Source: Pseudomonadota bacterium (GTDB lineage Bacteria; Pseudomonadota; Alphaproteobacteria; RF32; CAG-239). From it: a stretch of 20,830 nt of DNA. A program made the translations under genes and the position numbers. Under the pieces are notes generated by a model that saw only the letters and a list, made by a program, of their open reading frames with translations, had not been told where the DNA came from and ran no database searches. Location: positions 1 to 20,830 of the forward strand of contig CAKJXZ020000029.1 of assembly GCA_918234285.1 (NCBI GenBank), given 5' to 3'. Positions 16,925 through 20,830 of this stretch are shown here, piece by piece; positions within the stretch are counted from its first letter, which is position 1, and every line of letters begins with the position of its first letter.

Positions 16925-17896
16925 ATGTCTGGTAAAATATTGGTAATCGGCGGTGCCGGATATATCGGAAGCCATGTGGTTAAAGCGTTACTCGAAAACG
17001 GTTTTGCCGTCACTGTTTACGATAACCTGTCCACCGGTCAGGAATGCAATTTGTTTGATAAGACTGAATTCGTGCGCGGCGATATTGCCGACGAGGCCTT
17101 GTTACATAAAGTTATGTCCGCCGGTTTTGATGCCGTAGTGCATCTTGCCGCTAAAAAAGCAGTCGGCGAATCGATGGAACATCCGCAGATTTACGCCAAA
17201 AACAATATCAACGGCGCCGTCAATATTTTTAATGCCATGATTGATTGCGGTGTAAAAAATGTGGTATTTTCTTCTACCGCTGCAGTGTACGGTATTCCGC
17301 AATATTTGCCTCTTGACGAGAATCACCCGATTAATCCGTTGAATTTTTACGGATTTACCAAAATAGAAATCGAGCGGGTTATGGAATGGCTGAGCCGCCT
17401 CAAGGATTTTCATTATATGGCATTACGCTATTTTAATGCGGTAGGATATGCTGCCGACGGCAGTATTCGCGGTAAAGAGCAAAATTCGCAAAATCTGTTG
17501 CCGATTGTTATGGATGTGATTACCGGCAGAAGAGAAAAGTTAATGGTTTTCGGCAACGATTATAACACACCGGACGGCACCTGTCTGCGCGACTATATTC
17601 ATGTTGAAGATTTGGCAAGGGCTCACGTTGCCGCTATCAGGCACTTGTTGCAAAATCCGCAGTCATACTCTATAAATCTGAGTACCGGCAAAGGGACTTC
17701 CGTTTTGGAAATGATTGCGGCTACCGAGCGCGTAACCGGTCGCAAGGTTAATTATGAATTTGCACCGCGCCGTGCCGGCGATCCGGACGTTGTTGTTGCC
17801 AATAACGATAAGGCAAAAGAAATCCTCGGTTGGTCGCCGCGCCATACCGATATAGATGAAATCATCAAAACAACTTGGAATTTGGAAGAAAAATAA
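16925..17896 (+). CDS. galE: UDP-glucose 4-epimerase
   Basis: GGAGYIGSH, VGESM, FSSTAAVYG, YGFTK (YxxxK), LRYFN, TPDGTCLRDYIHV, RRAGD. Confidence 0.96.
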   Translation: MSGKILVIGGAGYIGSHVVKALLENGFAVTVYDNLSTGQECNLFDKTEFVRGDIADEALLHKVMSAGFDAVVHLAAKKAVGESMEHPQIYAKNNINGAVNIFNAMIDCGVKNVVFSSTAAVYGIPQYLPLDENHPINPLNFYGFTKIEIERVMEWLSRLKDFHYMALRYFNAVGYAADGSIRGKEQNSQNLLPIVMDVITGRREKLMVFGNDYNTPDGTCLRDYIHVEDLARAHVAAIRHLLQNPQSYSINLSTGKGTSVLEMIAATERVTGRKVNYEFAPRRAGDPDVVVANNDKAKEILGWSPRHTDIDEIIKTTWNLEEK

Positions 17897-18876
17897 TGGA
17901 AATTTGGAATAGTTTGTTGACATTTTTATCCGCACCGCACCACACGTTATCGCCGTTTTGGCTGTGGACTTGCTTCGGAGTGACGGTTGTATTGCTTCTG
18001 GCCGCCGATTTGTTCTGGTTCAATCGTAAAAACGAAGAACCGCATTTTTGGCATACGCTGTGGATTTGTATTGCCTATATCGCGGTAGCCGTTGTTTTCG
18101 GGGCTTTTGTTTGGGTGGAAGACGGTGCCGAAAAAGGCATGGATTATTTTACCGGATATCTCTTAGAAAAAAGCTTATCAATGGATAATATTTTTGTAAT
18201 GTCAATGGTGTTTGCCGCTTTAGGCGTACCCAGCATATATCAGCATCGTGTTCTGTTTTGGGGTATTCTCGGTGCGCTGATTATGCGCGGTATTCTCATC
18301 GGTGTCGGCGACGCGTTGGTGATACGTTTCAACTGGATTTTATATATTTTCTCGGCATTTTTGATTTATACCGGTATTAAAATGCTGTTGATGAAAGAAG
18401 ACGAAAACGTCGATATTCGCCATTCCAAAATCTTTCAGCTCGTTTCTAAGGTCTTTCACGTTACACACGAAATCAAGGGTGAGCACTTTTTTGTAAAAGA
18501 AAACGGTCGCCACTTTATTACTCCGCTGTTTTTCGCGTTGGTAACGATTGAGCTGATGGATGTGGTGTTTGCGCTCGATTCCATTCCGGCGATTTTCTTG
18601 GTAACAACCGATATTTTCGTGGTTTACACCAGTAATATTTTTGCCATTTTGGGTCTGCGTGCGCTGTATTTTCTGTTGGCGGCAATCATCAATAAATTCT
18701 CATATCTGAAGCCGGCGATTTCGATTATTCTTATCTTTATCGGCTCCAAAATATTCCTGAAATATTTCGGCATTGAGGTTCATGAATGGCAGTCTTTGAC
18801 GGTTACACTCGGATTATTGACCGGCGGAATTCTGCTTTCCGTATTCAAAAAGGCCGAACCGAATGGCGCAAAATAA
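17896..18876 (+). CDS. TerC/Alx family metal-homeostasis membrane protein
   Basis: GYLLEKSLSMDNIFV, QHRVLFWGILGALIMR, DVVFALDSIPAI, VYTSNIFAILGLRALYF. ATG overlaps the galE stop (TAATG). Confidence 0.95.
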   Translation: MEIWNSLLTFLSAPHHTLSPFWLWTCFGVTVVLLLAADLFWFNRKNEEPHFWHTLWICIAYIAVAVVFGAFVWVEDGAEKGMDYFTGYLLEKSLSMDNIFVMSMVFAALGVPSIYQHRVLFWGILGALIMRGILIGVGDALVIRFNWILYIFSAFLIYTGIKMLLMKEDENVDIRHSKIFQLVSKVFHVTHEIKGEHFFVKENGRHFITPLFFALVTIELMDVVFALDSIPAIFLVTTDIFVVYTSNIFAILGLRALYFLLAAIINKFSYLKPAISIILIFIGSKIFLKYFGIEVHEWQSLTVTLGLLTGGILLSVFKKAEPNGAK

Positions 18877-19417
18877 ATTCTATTTAAGTTTCGGCCGCCA
18901 CGAGCGTTACGGCAGCGATACGGCTATTGAGCGCGAAGATATGCTATCGGCTTTTATCTCCGGTCGACAACTTAAAGAGTGGCTTCCCGCTTGTACAACC
19001 GTGTATCATTCACCATTGGCAAGAGCTGTTGAAACGGCGCGTTTTGAGGCGCTCGGTATGGGGGTTTCTCATTTGCTTTGTATTGAGGCCCTGGAAGAAA
19101 GTGCCACCAAATTTGAAATTAATAAATTTATCAATGAGCTCCTGTATTATACCGACGAATCCGTCGTTTATTATCACTTTGTAACGCATCTTCCGGTAGT
19201 GGAAAAACTCGGTCTGCCGTTTTTGGGTGCGGGCGAAATCTGTCTGCTGACCGCCGAAAACAAAGCAGAAATGATGGCAGAAAATTATAAAGTACAAGTT
19301 ATAGCCAAACCGATAATTGACGTGAATCTGCTGCAAAAACTTAACTTAACACTTGCCGATTTAGATGAACTGTCGGCTGATGAAATTTATCAAAAACTGG
19401 CGCAAATTGGCTTATAA
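18863..19417 (+). CDS. Histidine phosphatase superfamily protein (SixA-like)
   Basis: N-terminal GRHE, HSPLARAVETA and VTHLP match the RH...SP..R..ETA...H pattern. Overlaps the terC end. Confidence 0.75.
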   Translation: MAQNKFYLSFGRHERYGSDTAIEREDMLSAFISGRQLKEWLPACTTVYHSPLARAVETARFEALGMGVSHLLCIEALEESATKFEINKFINELLYYTDESVVYYHFVTHLPVVEKLGLPFLGAGEICLLTAENKAEMMAENYKVQVIAKPIIDVNLLQKLNLTLADLDELSADEIYQKLAQIGL

Positions 19418-20287
19418 GACACGCCGCAAAATTCCTTCGTTTTGCGCCAACAATTTTTCCGCGTCGTTCTTATTGCAATCTCGAACCAGCATCACGCACG
19501 CGGTTTTAACATTACCGGCCTCTTTAAGCACCGCTTCGGCCGTTGCAACATCGGCTCCTGTGATTTCACAAACGTAGCGTATGGCCCGTTCTCGTAATTT
19601 TGCATTATGAATTTGCACATCGACCATGTAATTTTTATAGGTTTTGCCGATGCGAATCATGGCTCCGGTCGTGAGCATATTGGCAATCATTTTTTGTGCC
19701 GTGCCCGATTTCATACGCGATGAACCGGATACTGCTTCCGGACCGACTTCGGCACAGAGAAAAATATCGGCATAAGGTTTGAATTTTGCCTCCGGATTGG
19801 ATGTAATCGCGATGGTGGTCACACTTTTTTGTCGTGCCAACTCCAGAACTTTAACGGTGTATTGCGGATTGCCGCTGGCAGAAACGGCAATAACCACGTC
19901 TTTTTGTGTCGGATTAAACGCCGCAATATCTTCACAGGCAAACTCATCACTGTCTTCGGCATTTTCCACGGCAAAACGCACTGCTTTTTCTCCGCCGGAA
20001 ATATAGCCCTGAATCATATCGTCGGGCACACCGTATGTCGGCGGCATTTCCGAAGCGTCAAGAATCCCTATTCTGCCGCTGGTACCGCTGCCAAAGTATG
20101 CCATACGACCGCCCTGGCGCAGCTTTTCGGCAATAATATCTATCGCCTTGCCTATCTCCGGCAGAATTGCCGCAATTGCCACGGCCACTTTCTTATCTTC
20201 ATTATTGATAAGTCGTGCTATTTCAGCACCGCTTTGCAAATCTATGTCGATTGTGGCCGGGTTGCTATTTTCCGTAATTGCAGTCAT
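19412..20287 (-). CDS. murQ: N-acetylmuramic acid 6-phosphate etherase
   Basis: TENSNP, GSGTSGRIGILDASEMPPTYG, VENAED, GPEAVSGSSRMKSGTAQKM, NYMVDV, NAKLRERA. GAGGTG RBS. Confidence 0.97.
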   Translation of the reverse strand: MTAITENSNPATIDIDLQSGAEIARLINNEDKKVAVAIAAILPEIGKAIDIIAEKLRQGGRMAYFGSGTSGRIGILDASEMPPTYGVPDDMIQGYISGGEKAVRFAVENAEDSDEFACEDIAAFNPTQKDVVIAVSASGNPQYTVKVLELARQKSVTTIAITSNPEAKFKPYADIFLCAEVGPEAVSGSSRMKSGTAQKMIANMLTTGAMIRIGKTYKNYMVDVQIHNAKLRERAIRYVCEITGADVATAEAVLKEAGNVKTACVMLVRDCNKNDAEKLLAQNEGILRRVL

Positions 20288-20439
20288 AATTCACCTCTTT
20301 TCAATATGTTACCGAATTATACCACCGATATTTTAACAAAACATAAAAAAATGATTGACATTTTATAAAAAATAATGATGATAAGCACTGAACGGCCGAT
20401 AAAGGTTGTTCAGTTGAACCCCTGAAGAAAGAATATAAC

Positions 20440-20525
20440 GGAGGGGTGGCAGAGCGGTCAAATGCAACGGACTGTAAATCCGTCGACTTTCGTCTACGAT
20501 GGTTCGAATCCATCCCCCTCCACCA
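20440..20525 (+). tRNA. tRNA-Tyr (anticodon GTA)
   Basis: GGAGGGG acceptor, ACGGA-CTGTAAA-TCCGT anticodon arm, long variable arm, GTTCGAATC, ACCA end. Confidence 0.98.
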
Positions 20526-20570
20526 CTGAAATCTCTCTTAAGGGGTTTTTAATTACGATGTTAAGCTTAA

Positions 20571-20644
20571 GCGGGTGTAGCTCAATGGTAGAGCAGAAGC
20601 CTTCCAAGCTTACTACGGGGGTTCGATTCCCCTCACCCGCTCCA
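20571..20644 (+). tRNA. tRNA-Gly (anticodon TCC)
   Basis: GCGGGTG acceptor, AAGC-CTTCCAA-GCTT anticodon arm, GTTCGATTC, TCCA end. Confidence 0.98.
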
Positions 20645-20696
20645 ATCTCCTTAACATTGTAAAGTCTTTAACATTATAAAAAGTAGGATAATAAAC

Positions 20697-20830
20697 ATGG
20701 CAAAAGAAAAATTTGAGCGGACGAAACCGCACTGCAACATTGGAACGATTGGTCACGTAGACCACGGTAAGACCACTTTGACAGCCGCCATTACCAAAGT
20801 ATTGGCAGAAGAAGGCGGCGCCAGCTTCAC
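20697..20830 (+). CDS. tuf: Elongation factor Tu (5' part, runs off the window)
   Basis: [48 protein letters not shown]; follows tRNA-Tyr and tRNA-Gly. Confidence 0.98.
   Translation, partial: MAKEKFERTKPHCNIGTIGHVDHGKTTLTAAITKVLAEEGGASF

Noticed and set aside
20549-20570. TTAA motifs resembling a CtrA box
   Set aside because: Spacing is 8 nt rather than TTAA-N7-TTAAC, and the site lies inside a tRNA spacer.
20301-20662. Short ORFs of 66-70 aa
   Set aside because: They overlap tRNA-Tyr and tRNA-Gly and are typical tRNA translation artefacts.
1-20830. CRISPR array, transposase, integrase, phage or defence genes
   Set aside because: No regularly spaced repeats, and none of the long ORFs shows such motifs.

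Overview
Mostly core chromosome of a bacterium that looks alphaproteobacterial from gene order: plsY-dprA-topA, pyrH-frr-uppS-cdsA-rseP-bamA-lpxD-fabZ and tRNA-Tyr/tRNA-Gly/tuf. Left to right: a tRNA-linked hairpin element and tRNA-Ser(UGA), a small secreted orphan protein, infA, topA, dprA, plsY, an orphan 445-aa gene, the pyrH-to-fabZ envelope operon (no tsf, dxr, skp or lpxA here), hslO/recX, galE-terC-sixA-like, murQ, tRNA-Tyr, tRNA-Gly and the start of tuf. The most unusual feature is the orphan unit at 5502-7023 (-). It has its own promoter and a ~140-nt leader predicted by eye to fold into two hairpins with 9-nt complementary loops, with the Shine-Dalgarno sequestered. The protein has three ~112-aa FxDG repeats and a C-terminal small helical domain resembling the 'glyoxalase superfamily'/DUF5623-type module. 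This is a candidate undescribed RNA-leader/protein regulatory system. Other items are a perfect 42-bp palindrome at the hslO stop, an operator-like inverted repeat between hslO and recX, and inverted and direct T-arm copies beside tRNA-Ser. All structures were found by eye, with no folding software or database searches.
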